A stretch of DNA of 61,998 nucleotides, filler included, from Sanchytrium tribonematis (lineage: Eukaryota): the NCBI GenBank assembly GCA_018985235.1. It is 11 parts of 11 records of this genome, joined end to end, with 100 filler letters (N's around TTAATTAATTAA, not from the genome) between each part and the next. Parts side by side here need not be neighbours in the genome. Positions count along the whole stretch, not along the records: positions 50,496 to 54,278 come from JADGIG010000805.1; positions 54,379 to 58,146 come from JADGIG010000806.1; positions 58,247 to 61,998 come from JADGIG010000807.1; 8 more parts are not named here. One strand, given 5' to 3'. Positions 52,643 through 61,998 of the stretch are shown here, piece after piece. A model generated the notes under the pieces. That model saw only the letters and a program-made list of their open reading frames with translations, was not told the DNA's origin and made no database searches. Numbering within the stretch: the first letter of the stretch is position 1; every line of letters starts with the position of its first letter. The position numbers and the translations under genes are program-made.

Positions 52643-53059
52643 TTACTTTATTGGACGTCTTAAAACTGCCTGCATCTCGATTGGTTCTTTCAAATCAAAT
52701 GGACCATCTCTGACAGCACAATAAATTTTGATTCCATTTGAAAGTTCAAAAGGATAAATTCCAGGTCCAAAAATTTCCCTAGTTGTTGGTAAAGGCATTG
52801 AACTTTCATCTGGATGAATTGATAATTGAAAATTGTACAACCCTTTCGAATAAGATACTTTGTGGTACCCCGAACTAATATATAATAATTTTTCTTTAGT
52901 CTCTAAGCTGTCATCTAACATCAATTGACTAACTTTATAAAACATATTATTAAGATCGTGATCCTTGTATTGTGGGTAATTCATGACATCAGTATAATCT
53001 TCTTTGGTAGAACATACAACATAGAGATTTGCTAAAACGTATACTGAAAAGAATATCAT
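52643..53059 (-). CDS. Small putatively secreted hypothetical protein
   Basis: Hydrophobic N-terminus MIFFSVYVLA from ATG 53059. Confidence 0.55.
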   Translation of the reverse strand: MIFFSVYVLANLYVVCSTKEDYTDVMNYPQYKDHDLNNMFYKVSQLMLDDSLETKEKLLYISSGYHKVSYSKGLYNFQLSIHPDESSMPLPTTREIFGPGIYPFELSNGIKIYCAVRDGPFDLKEPIEMQAVLRRPIK

Positions 53060-53292
53060 TCTCGAGGGGCAATTTGATTTCTTTTCAAATGCATCACATG
53101 TTACACAGCGTGACACAAATAACTCCTATTTTGACTACAACGTGTCAAAAGGTGATACAACCATGAGTGATCTAATATCCCTGTACAACCACATTCTATT
53201 GCCAATACTTGCCGCCCACATCTCTAAATCATTTTAGATTTCCATGTGGTGGTCTAAATTGGATTTATAAAGAGGGATGGACTTAATTGGAA

Positions 53293-53775
53293 ATGCAACA
53301 AATGGCTGAATCAAAAATACAACAACAGGGATATCCACAGGATCCTGTTAATAAAAGGGAAACAGTGCAAGGAACAGAATTGGGAATAGAAAATGATCAA
53401 ACGAGATTATCACATCAACCTGCACAGAGTAATGCAACAGCTATGCCGGGACAACGTGGGGAATCTGCAAATCATGGAGTACATGGATTGGGAACCAATA
53501 AAATTGTGAATGATACGCCCCAAACAGGAAATACAAGTGGGATGAGTGGATTAAAGAGCAAATTACAGAGAAAAGATAGCACCAGTTCATCATCATCTAG
53601 TTCAGATGAAGAAAATGAAAAACCAGGATTAAAAGAGAAATTACATGTTAAAAAAGAACAATTGAAAGATAAAATGGGAATGCAAGCAGATCCAAATGTG
53701 GTAGGACCTACTGGACACTCTGCTACCAGTGGAAACGCAACAGCAACAGAAAACACCAAATTAAAACAACATTAA
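53293..53775 (+). CDS. Dehydrin-like hydrophilin with S-segment and K-like segment
   Basis: KLQRKDSTSSSSSSSDEE followed by KPGLKEKL..KEQLKDKMGM; no Cys or Trp. Confidence 0.75.
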   Translation: MQQMAESKIQQQGYPQDPVNKRETVQGTELGIENDQTRLSHQPAQSNATAMPGQRGESANHGVHGLGTNKIVNDTPQTGNTSGMSGLKSKLQRKDSTSSSSSSSDEENEKPGLKEKLHVKKEQLKDKMGMQADPNVVGPTGHSATSGNATATENTKLKQH

Positions 53776-53800
53776 AAATAAATTTATTTCATTTTTCACT

Positions 53801-54278
53801 TTATTGGCTCATTAATTGATAAAATTGACTTCTTTTTACATCAGATACTGTTAACTCATGTAGAATTTCATTTCTATGCTCTGGATCTACTTGTAATTTA
53901 CTAGATAATCTTATTAATCCAATTTGGATCCATTTGCAATTTGGCTCTAATTCATTCAATTCTTGCAATTGGGAATATTGGAGGGATAAAGCATCATAAA
54001 TGGATCTATTGTGAATATCCGAGATGCTGATCAAGTATAAATAATAAAACCATGCAGATTGATCACGTGGATCAGAGTAAAAACAGGTAGTTGTTAATGG
54101 AATATCCTGTAATATTAATGGAATAATGTCATGAATTGGTTGTAATGCATTTATGATTTTATATCTCCAATGCCACGCAGAATAATTGCTGAAATTTGAT
54201 TTTATTTGATTTGTTGTAAATTCAAATTCTTGCAATAAAATGGGAATACTGGAATATAAATCAGGATATTGTTTGATT
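53801..54278 (-). CDS. BET4: Rab geranylgeranyltransferase alpha subunit (Bet4-like), 5'-truncated
   Basis: NFSNYSAWHWR, DPRDQSAWFY, ELEPNCKW prenyltransferase alpha repeats. Confidence 0.82.
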
Positions 54279-54378
54279 NNNNNNNNNNNNNNNNNNNNNN
54301 NNNNNNNNNNNNNNNNNNNNNNTTAATTAATTAANNNNNNNNNNNNNNNNNNNNNNNNNNNNNNNNNNNNNNNNNNNN

Positions 54379-54921
54379 CTTGGGCATTGGATGATCCTTA
54401 TAGAGCATGTACACATAATAAAGGAGTAATGAATGGAGTGATAGCTGTGGCTTTGGCGACAGGGCAAGATACCCGAGCCTTGGAATCGAACGTCCATGGA
54501 TATTGCTCTCAAAATGGATACTCCCCGTTAACGTCTTATAGCATTGAGAATGATAATTTTGTTGGAAAGATTGAAATACCACTTCCAGTCGGTACTGTTG
54601 GTGGTTCCATTCAAACACTTCCTTCAAGTCGTGCGGCATTGAAAGTTTTGGGGAATCCATCGGCGGGTGGACTCGCAAAGGTAAATTATATTTATTTAGA
54701 TTATGTCTTGTGTTGGGCTGGCATCTAATTTTGCTGCTTTAAGGGCATTGGCGACTGAGGGCATACAAAAAGGACACATGGCTCTTCATTCTAGAAATTT
54801 AGCTATTAGTGCAGGAGTTCCACCAGAGCTTGTTCACGACTTTAGCTTAAGACTTATTGAAGAAAATAAGATCACTTTCCACGATGCTAAATTACTATGG
54901 GAATCTTATAATATAAATTAA
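54379..54921 (+). CDS. Class II (bacterial MvaA-type) HMG-CoA reductase, C-terminal part, at least 2 exons
   Basis: [55 protein letters not shown]; 19-nt intron 54681-54699. Confidence 0.9.
54681..54699 (+). other. 19-nt spliceosomal intron (HMG-CoA reductase)
   Basis: GTAAATTATATTTATTTAG; restores [11 protein letters not shown]. Confidence 0.93.
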
Positions 54922-54931
54922 TTTTTGATAC

Positions 54932-55834
54932 ATGGATTTACCGTTTGTGACATTTTATCTTTTCTTGCGTTATTTATACAGCGAATTAATTTTTAGAATT
55001 TTTTGTATCCCCAGAAGTAGAAATATACTGATAGTGGGATGTAGCAGTGGTATCGGCAAAGAGATGGCTGGTTTGTTGTGTCAAAATTTCAATATTATTC
55101 TGGCTAGTAGAAAAATTAAAGATTTGGAGCGCTTAAAGCTTGCTCTGAAATCAAAATCTGTGAAAAATATCGCTATTAGACATTTGGACATAAGAAATAT
55201 TCAAGACTTCCAACAATTGTTTTTAGATTGTGAAACTTTAGTTGGAAAAATTGATACGGTGGTTGTGGCTGCAGGAGTATTCGATTTACATAACCTGAAG
55301 GATGCTGATTACTTTTCGAAAAGCAAATATATGATTGAGACTAATTTTTACGGCCCAATGGCACTCTATCTAGAGTTTGAGAGATACACTACTCAAAATT
55401 TGGTGAAACATCCTTATTTCCTTGTCATATCCAGCATTGCAGCCGAATCTCCATTTTATAATTCAACAACTTATTCCTTATCAAAAAAATCGATAGAAAA
55501 CTTCTTGTCGATGAAAAGTAAAGAAAATTCTTCTATTTCGATCACAGTAGTTCGACAGGGTTATGCGAAAACTAAACTGACTGAATGGACAAATACCATT
55601 CCTTTTTCTATAACAGCACTACAATCCGCGCAAGACATTGTGTATGCTATGAAGCGGAGGTGTTTTTGGGTGACTGTGCCTTTGTATCCTTGGAATATTG
55701 CCACAAAATTATCAAAATTGATTCCAATTATGCTAATTAATAGACTTATCAAGTATGAATTTGAATTGAATACTAAAAATAATGAAAAGGGAATTGAAAA
55801 ATTGAAAAAACATATTTACAATGAAGATTTATAA
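54932..55834 (+). CDS. Short-chain dehydrogenase/reductase with N-terminal membrane anchor
   Basis: GCSSGIG, AAG, TNFYG, SS, YSLSK. Confidence 0.88.
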   Translation: MDLPFVTFYLFLRYLYSELIFRIFCIPRSRNILIVGCSSGIGKEMAGLLCQNFNIILASRKIKDLERLKLALKSKSVKNIAIRHLDIRNIQDFQQLFLDCETLVGKIDTVVVAAGVFDLHNLKDADYFSKSKYMIETNFYGPMALYLEFERYTTQNLVKHPYFLVISSIAAESPFYNSTTYSLSKKSIENFLSMKSKENSSISITVVRQGYAKTKLTEWTNTIPFSITALQSAQDIVYAMKRRCFWVTVPLYPWNIATKLSKLIPIMLINRLIKYEFELNTKNNEKGIEKLKKHIYNEDL

Positions 55835-55835
55835 A

Positions 55836-56864
55836 TTATGGGTAAACTCTGAGCTTTTTCTCTAAGGTTATCATTGTGACAATTTGATCCCTTACTCTGC
55901 TAGGAATGGAGCCAAAGCATTGCTGGCAATATCCCTTGTCGTCAACTTGTATGAAATTCTTTTTTACCAAGGAGCAATGACAACCTGCGCAAACAAAATG
56001 ATTGGCACAAAATACTTTTCCGACAGCCTCCAAAGCTAAATAAATTAGTAATACATTCACCAGGAATAACTTCGTAGCAATAACCACATACTTGGCCCAT
56101 CATTTCAGAGTAATGGTACTTACAATATGCTTTGCTTTCATATTCAAAAAATGTCATATTTTCAAATGGTTTTTCGCATTTACAACACACAAAATGCTCT
56201 TGATGAAATGTTTTTCCCATAGCAGTGACTTGCAAACCCATTATCAATTGTTTACAAGCGAAGCAAATAGCATTTGATACTTGCTCAAAATGTTCTTGAC
56301 AGTAAAGCTTATCTAAATGGGCTCTCGCATTTCCATCGAGTGTGATATTGCATGTGGTGCAATTGAAATGGTTAGCATGAAATCTCTCCCCATCAATTTC
56401 TATGATGTCTCCATCCAACTGTTGTTTGCATTTACTACATTGATTCGAGGTTTTTTGTGCTTCCAATTTTGCATTCGTGTCATAACAAGATTTGCAATAT
56501 GGTTGATCTTTAAATTTATAGAACTTTTTACCATTATTTAAACTGGTTTCACAATCGTTACAGACAAAACAATCTGTGTGGTAATATTGGTTCAAGGCTG
56601 AAACTAAAGTCGATTCTATATTTTCACCGCATCTATTACAGACCTTCACGAATTGACTTTGAAAATGTTCTTCGCAGTATGGCTCTTCCTGTTCAACATA
56701 AAAAGTTTGATTTTCTAGATCCATATGACAAACGCGACATCTACATAAAATATAGATTACTTAAAGCAGTGAGCGTGAAAAAATATTCCACCAGCATCTA
56801 GGACTTCATTGTCATCATTTGAGAACGCTTTTTTACATCCAGCGCAATAATCTTCTTTATTCAT
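55836..56864 (-). CDS. Multi-LIM (about 5) paxillin/PINCH-like protein, 3 exons
   Basis: Repeated CxxC-x16-18-HxxxFxCxxC..CxxH/C units; introns 56741-56760 and 56036-56054; ATG 56864. Confidence 0.88.
56036..56054 (-). other. 19-nt spliceosomal intron (LIM protein)
   Basis: GTATTACTAATTTATTTAG; restores GE-S-LEAVGKVFCANHF. Confidence 0.9.
56741..56760 (-). other. 20-nt spliceosomal intron (LIM protein)
   Basis: GTAATCTATATTTTATGTAG; restores HCF-K-CRVC. Confidence 0.92.
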
Positions 56865-56967
56865 GGAACTTTGTGGCTTGAATACTTGGCTTTGAAAAAT
56901 CGAAAAAATTTACTTTATTAATTCAAATGTAGACTGTTTAATAACTGATTTCAAAGATAAATAATAA

Positions 56968-58146
56968 TTATTGCTCTGCCCTTCTTTCGATTTCTTTCTT
57001 CAAGTTCTCATTTTCGCGTTTGAGGCCATCATTTTCGTTTATCAACATCTGTATTCTTTGATTCAACTGCGTGACAATATCAATAACTGAGGTAGAAGCA
57101 ACTGTGCTAGGTACACTGCTTTGAGATTCGGAGCGTATCGACCTAAATAAATTTGAATTACACAAAACTGTGTCGAGGAAGACTATTTACATTGGGAGTG
57201 GCAGTGCCACTTTCCATTGGGGTGGTAGTGGTGCTTAATTTGTCCATGACAAAATTTAGCATTCTAGTCTGATACTCATTTTGTCTCGCGAGGGCCTCTA
57301 ATTGAATAGTAACTCGATCAAGGGCGTCCTTCTGGACCGGAATACTAATAGATTCCTCAGATTTTGCTCGGTTCATGCTATTCATTTGACTATTTAAATT
57401 TCCTAATGAACCATTGCTAGTATTTCTGGCTATTTTTTGTGGATTTTGGGCATTTTGTAAAGTAGAGTTGGGGGAAGTAAAAGAATTGTCTAGCACTTCT
57501 GGAACATTTGATACTTCAAATCTACCTCTTTTTCCAACGACTGATTGTGGCGTACCAATTGATGGACTATTTTGATTGCTCAAGTCTTTACTTAAAGAAT
57601 CTTGCCGATTTAAGGACTCGGCGTCTAATTTCTTTAAAGTTTGATCCACCGCCTGTATATCAAATCTTTGCTTCATAGGATCGCCTGATTTTTCAGATAC
57701 ACTAAACCGACCTTTCTTTTTTTCTTCCACTTCACTAAGTGCAGATTCTTTATTTTTTGCACTTAAACTGTCTTGCCTATCAACTATAAATCTAGATTTT
57801 TTAATTGCTTGAGGAGGCAGAGACGGGGAAGCTGGATTTGATACATTACCATCAGAGTCAATACTTTCTTTACGAGATAGACTTGTAGTTCCTGCATTTT
57901 CTTTGTCGACATTCAATGCACTATCTGTGCCCTTAATTAATTTGTCCAAGCCTGGTTGATCTGTTTTTTTATCTGAAAAGTCCCACGACATTCCCTGTTC
58001 ACTTTGTGGATCTTGACGACTTTGTTGCTTATGCTCTCTCTGGTATACTGGAGGAATTAAGGATATTAAATTGTTGACTAAATACTGCTTCCTTTTTGAT
58101 TGCCTAAAAAAATGATGATGAAGTAATTTCTCAGCAGTTGGTCTCT
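56968..58146 (-). CDS. C-terminal part of a STE20-family (OSR1/SPAK-like) kinase, at least 2 exons
   Basis: RPTAEKLLHHHFF kinase end, SWDF, four RFx[VI] motifs, terminal coiled coil; 19-nt intron 57143-57161. Confidence 0.7.
57143..57161 (-). other. 19-nt spliceosomal intron (kinase)
   Basis: GTAATTCAAATTTATTTAG; gives HSF-V-SIRSES in frame. Confidence 0.85.
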
Positions 58147-58246
58147 NNNNNNNNNNNNNNNNNNNNNNNNNNNNNNNNNNNNNNNNNNNNTTAATTAATT
58201 AANNNNNNNNNNNNNNNNNNNNNNNNNNNNNNNNNNNNNNNNNNNN

Positions 58247-58950
58247 ATAGACAGGAAAGCAACAATTCTTGGAGATCTTAATTGGGATCTTATCGAATTT
58301 ATACTCAGAACAAATGCAGTTAGTAAATTGCTTTGTCTTCATATGCAAAATTCTTCTTATAAGTATCATAACTCGAATATGCCAACATAATCCAACTCAG
58401 ATCGAGTCTTGGATCACTGCTGGACTCATACCAGCAAGAATCATACAATAAATTCGCATATAGTATTAAATCATCCACAAGATTTTACATCAGATCATTT
58501 TCCAACACTCACTATTCTAAATTCGGACATCCCCATAATAGAAAGCGACAAAGTCAATTGGCAAAAGCTGAAATTGGCAAATTATAGAATCAAATTCAAA
58601 GTAATACTCCAGAAATTATTACATAAAAATGCGACAAATTGTCTTGACATGGAAAATATTGAGTTAATAAATGCCACTTTGCAAAATTGCTATCTAACAG
58701 CAGGAAAAATTGCACTTGGATTGATTCCAATAAACCCAGACAATCCAAATTACTCACAATCAACACACATCATGAATAAGAAAATAAAAAATAAACAAAG
58801 AAAATACTCCAGAGGCAGATCTTCAAGAAGGGAAAAGCAGCTACTAAATGAAATCAAATCCCTGAGGAAAAAATTTAATAATGAAGTAGAGAAACAAACA
58901 TATCAGAAACAATTAGATGTACTTAATGAAATAAACAAAAGCAGCACACT
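58247..58950 (+). mobile_element. Decayed non-LTR (LINE-like) element, end of the APE endonuclease; probably resumes at 61504-61998
   Basis: LDHCW...TSDHFP endonuclease motifs followed by the typical NW.KL basic linker; interrupted by the LTR element. Confidence 0.7.
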
Positions 58951-59031
58951 TGTAAGATAAGGGAATCTCTAGAAGGTTCTAATTGCTTAAATAGAGCCAA
59001 AGCCCCCAATAAACATCTTATCTACATTACA
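58951..59031 (+). repeat. 5' LTR (81 nt, with a deletion near its start)
   Basis: TGTAA-GATAAGGG...CATTACA; lacks 23-25 nt present in the 3' LTR. Confidence 0.88.
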
Positions 59032-61399
59032 TGGTAGCGAGTGATTTAAAATCAACTAAAACAGGAAAGAAACAAAGAACTTCCAATGGAGACAATGGTA
59101 CTTCACCTCAACAACAGGAGTAAAACACCTTTTTCCTTAAGTGAGAAATATGATGGTGTAAAATTGAGGAAATCCCAATTAGCACACCTCCATCAAACTC
59201 AGAAGATGAGATTAATTTGAACAGATGAGGCAATAATTTTAAAGACTCAAGAATGAGATCTTTGACTAAATTATTGGCAATGAACTTACTAATTTTTATC
59301 GTTGCTTTATACATCAATATGCCACAATAAGTCAACCACTTTGAAATATAGCATTTTCATATTTCAATGGCCGACTGAATGTGAATCTACATTCCAGGTC
59401 CTCAAAATACGGTTGCTGATGCTTTAAGTCGATACGGCTGCGAACCATCGAGCAATGTTACATTGAACAATATGAAACTAAGAGACAGGAAAACGATTGG
59501 TTACAATGAGATTGAATCCTCAATTGTCAAAATCAATCCAACAATTAAGTCCACTCTTAAAAACTTCAATTAGCAACTTGAGCAAAGTAAGGTTCTACTA
59601 CTACAAGATCTATTCAAGAATAAGACAGCCAGTGTGAAAGTAATTGATGATATTATATTCAAAACAAGCAAACTGGGTAAGAAACTATACGTCCCCGAAC
59701 ACTTGCTGGATAGTATTTTATCAATTGCACACAAAAGCGAGATATTGCACACGCTGGTTCCGCTCAATTATCAATTTACTTAAATGACTATTACTTTCCA
59801 ATTAAACAAAATAGGATAAGAAAATATGTAAAGAGCTGTGAAACTTGCCTATTATCTAATGCGCCAGTCATGGAACACCACCATACGACTAGAGTTCCAG
59901 CGATGCCTTTAGAAAGAATCTATATAGATTTCAAAGGTCCCTTGCCTATCAATCCTGTAAATTATCAGGAAGACAGCAAGTATTTACTCACAATACTAGA
60001 TAATTCATCTAGATTCTTAAATGCTGTACCAGTTTCGCAAAATGGTGCCATTGATGCACTCAATGCACTTAAAAGACATTGGATACAAATAATTGGTCCA
60101 CCATCTGAAATTATAGCAGATAATGTCCCTTTCAATTCAAAAGAATTTAGAAAGTTTACTGAAGACAAGGGCATAAAATTACAAAATATTGCACCCTACG
60201 CACATTTCAGCAGCGCGGTTGAAAGTAAACAACGTGAACTCGATGTCAAACTACGAGCATTCAAACATTCTCAGAATTTATCCTGGACAGATTCACTTCA
60301 TTTAGCATTAGTTTCAATGAACAATGCGACAAATTCTGCCACAGGCGAAGCTCCATCCATACTTTTATTTAAAAGTAAAATCGATCCTTTAAAAAGGATA
60401 CGAATAACAAAATCCGACGATATCATAGAACTAATAATAAAAGGCAAAAGCGCTTAAAATCAATTAATTCTAGCAAGACTAGAACTAAATATAAAAATGG
60501 AGATAAGGTTTATATGACCAATTCCTGGAAAGACGGGAAGCTGGATTGTACCAGAACCGGTGTATTTTGTTAAGATGCTGTCGACAAACATCGCACAGCT
60601 TCGAGACAAGTACGATAGCCTTTTAAAATGTCATATGGAGCAACTTAAGAAGTTATAAGTGAGTATTGACTGACAAAAACCACGTTCAATCCTGTTTAAG
60701 ATAGGTATAGGTCTAAAGTAACATGGCAAAGACCCTCTGTTCTTTGAATTTAGTCTTTATACCTGAAAATTTGAAATATCTATGTAGTGATAGGTTTGAT
60801 CCCAATCACCCATCAATAGGCGTCAAATTTGACAAACTACTCAATTCTTAGCTCGAGAAGATTAAACTCTTGCAAAGTACTCATTTTATGGAATATCAAT
60901 TCCAATCAAGCGCCATTAGGTGCAAATTTATTTAATATTCCCAAAAATGTTGTTACATTAGCAACACTGTAAAAATTGATCAAGTCATATACTCTTTGGA
61001 CCCAATCAAGGATTTATTTATCATCATTGGAATGAATATATATATATTTACCCCAATCAAGTATAAAATTATAATAGTTCAAAAATTGACTTAACTATCT
61101 CAATCACACTTTTTTTTTGCCACGTCAATGATGAATTAGACTCAAGGCGATCAATCTAAGTGATCAGCCCTTCAGCGAGCAATCGAGTGCTACAGCCGAA
61201 TTTTTGTCGTTTCATGATAGAATGGGGGAAGTCGCTTTATAAGTAATTTGAGGTTACACAAGGGGTAACTTGTGATCACCCCTTGAAAAGCGATTGGTTA
61301 AAATATATGATGTGTAACAGATTAGATTTCCGATTAAGAAATAGTCAAATGATTGAAATACAAGGACTTAAGAAAAGGTCCATCTCAAAGAAAAGGGAA

Positions 61400-61503
61400 T
61401 GTAACACGGATGTGTTATCAATTGAAAGATAAGGGAATCTCTAGAAGGTTCTAATTGCTTAAATAGAGCCAAAGCCCCCAATAAACATCTTATCTACATT
61501 ACA
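61400..61503 (+). repeat. 3' LTR (104 nt)
   Basis: TGTAA...TTACA terminal inverted repeat, internal AATAAA, preceded by AAAGAAAAGGGAA. Confidence 0.9.
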
Positions 61504-61998
61504 CTTGCATACCACGAATTGTGTAAGATCAATGCGATTTAAATGAATTGCTGAATTATCAAATGGTTCACTTTGACGCACAAGACCATGAATGGGTTAA
61601 AAGACAACTAAAGGACAATGAAAAGAATCTTGCATTTGAGCATGCTACCAGTATCTTTACCAGAAAAAAAATAAAAAAGAATTGCGGCAATTAAACTGCA
61701 AAAAATCATTTGCTGGATTTCTCCCACTCATTGCTCTTAAATATTCACCATCGAATTCAACTAAAATTATATAACACATCTTTTGCTTTGGTATGTGTCT
61801 AGAATGAGCCATCTACATATTTAAAACAATTTGAGACATGCACGTTAAAAATGAAACGAAAAATAAATCAGATGTTTTATTCGTCGCAAATGCTTCAATA
61901 TTGCTCAAGTCCCTTCCCAAACACTTGCTTCATGACCTCTACTTCTGAATATTTTACAATTGAACACGACATAGCCATTTTGAATTCTATTCCTAAAA

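Larger units (their letters stand above)
58951..61503 (+). mobile_element. Internally deleted Ty3/Gypsy-type LTR element (2.55 kb) with very short LTRs
   Basis: LTRs 58951-59031 and 61400-61503 share an identical ~78-nt block; PBS TGGTAGCGAG at 59032; polypurine tract before 61400; RNase H tail (PGPQNTVADALSR) and integrase core 59870-60457. Confidence 0.9.

Noticed and set aside
23049..58246. Regularly spaced TTAATTAATTAA flanked by N-runs every ~3.9 kb, resembling a repeat array
   Set aside because: Artificial six-frame-stop linkers between size-sorted contigs. Gene adjacency across them carries no biological meaning.
60660..61399. Possible env-like or extra ORF in the 3' region of the small LTR element
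   Set aside because: No ORF of 60 aa or more in the track and no recognisable motif.
1..61998. tRNA, rRNA, snRNA genes or CRISPR arrays
   Set aside because: None recognisable by eye. A covariance-model search (tRNAscan-SE, Infernal/Rfam) would be needed to exclude divergent small RNAs in the larger gaps such as 22740-23048 and 40920-41190.

Overview
AT-rich, very gene-dense eukaryotic DNA using the standard genetic code. It is not one locus: one contig of at least 23 kb is followed by ten unrelated ~3.8 kb contigs, joined by 100-nt N/TTAATTAATTAA/N linkers. Gene content points to a flagellated, early-diverging fungus or close relative (inference). Fungal-type genes include BEM1/Scd2, SPG1/TEM1, RAD7, NTA1, ORM1 and TOF1; flagellum-linked genes are IFT57 and a doublecortin-domain protein. 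The main signal is the splicing system. All 17 introns I could reconstruct are GT-AG and exactly 19 or 20 nt, each restores the reading frame (usually a conserved motif), and all have T at -8 and A at -6 from the 3' end, a putative fixed branch point. Intergenic gaps fall to 1-26 nt, and CCC/GGG runs often precede start codons, as in microsporidia. Other notable items: a bacterial-type class II HMG-CoA reductase carrying a tiny intron, an FHA-GAF-class III adenylyl cyclase, an NE0047-type deaminase, two proteins with plant dehydrin-like K/S segments, a disabled Ty3/Gypsy element lacking a tRNA primer site, and a 2.55 kb short-LTR element nested in a decayed LINE.
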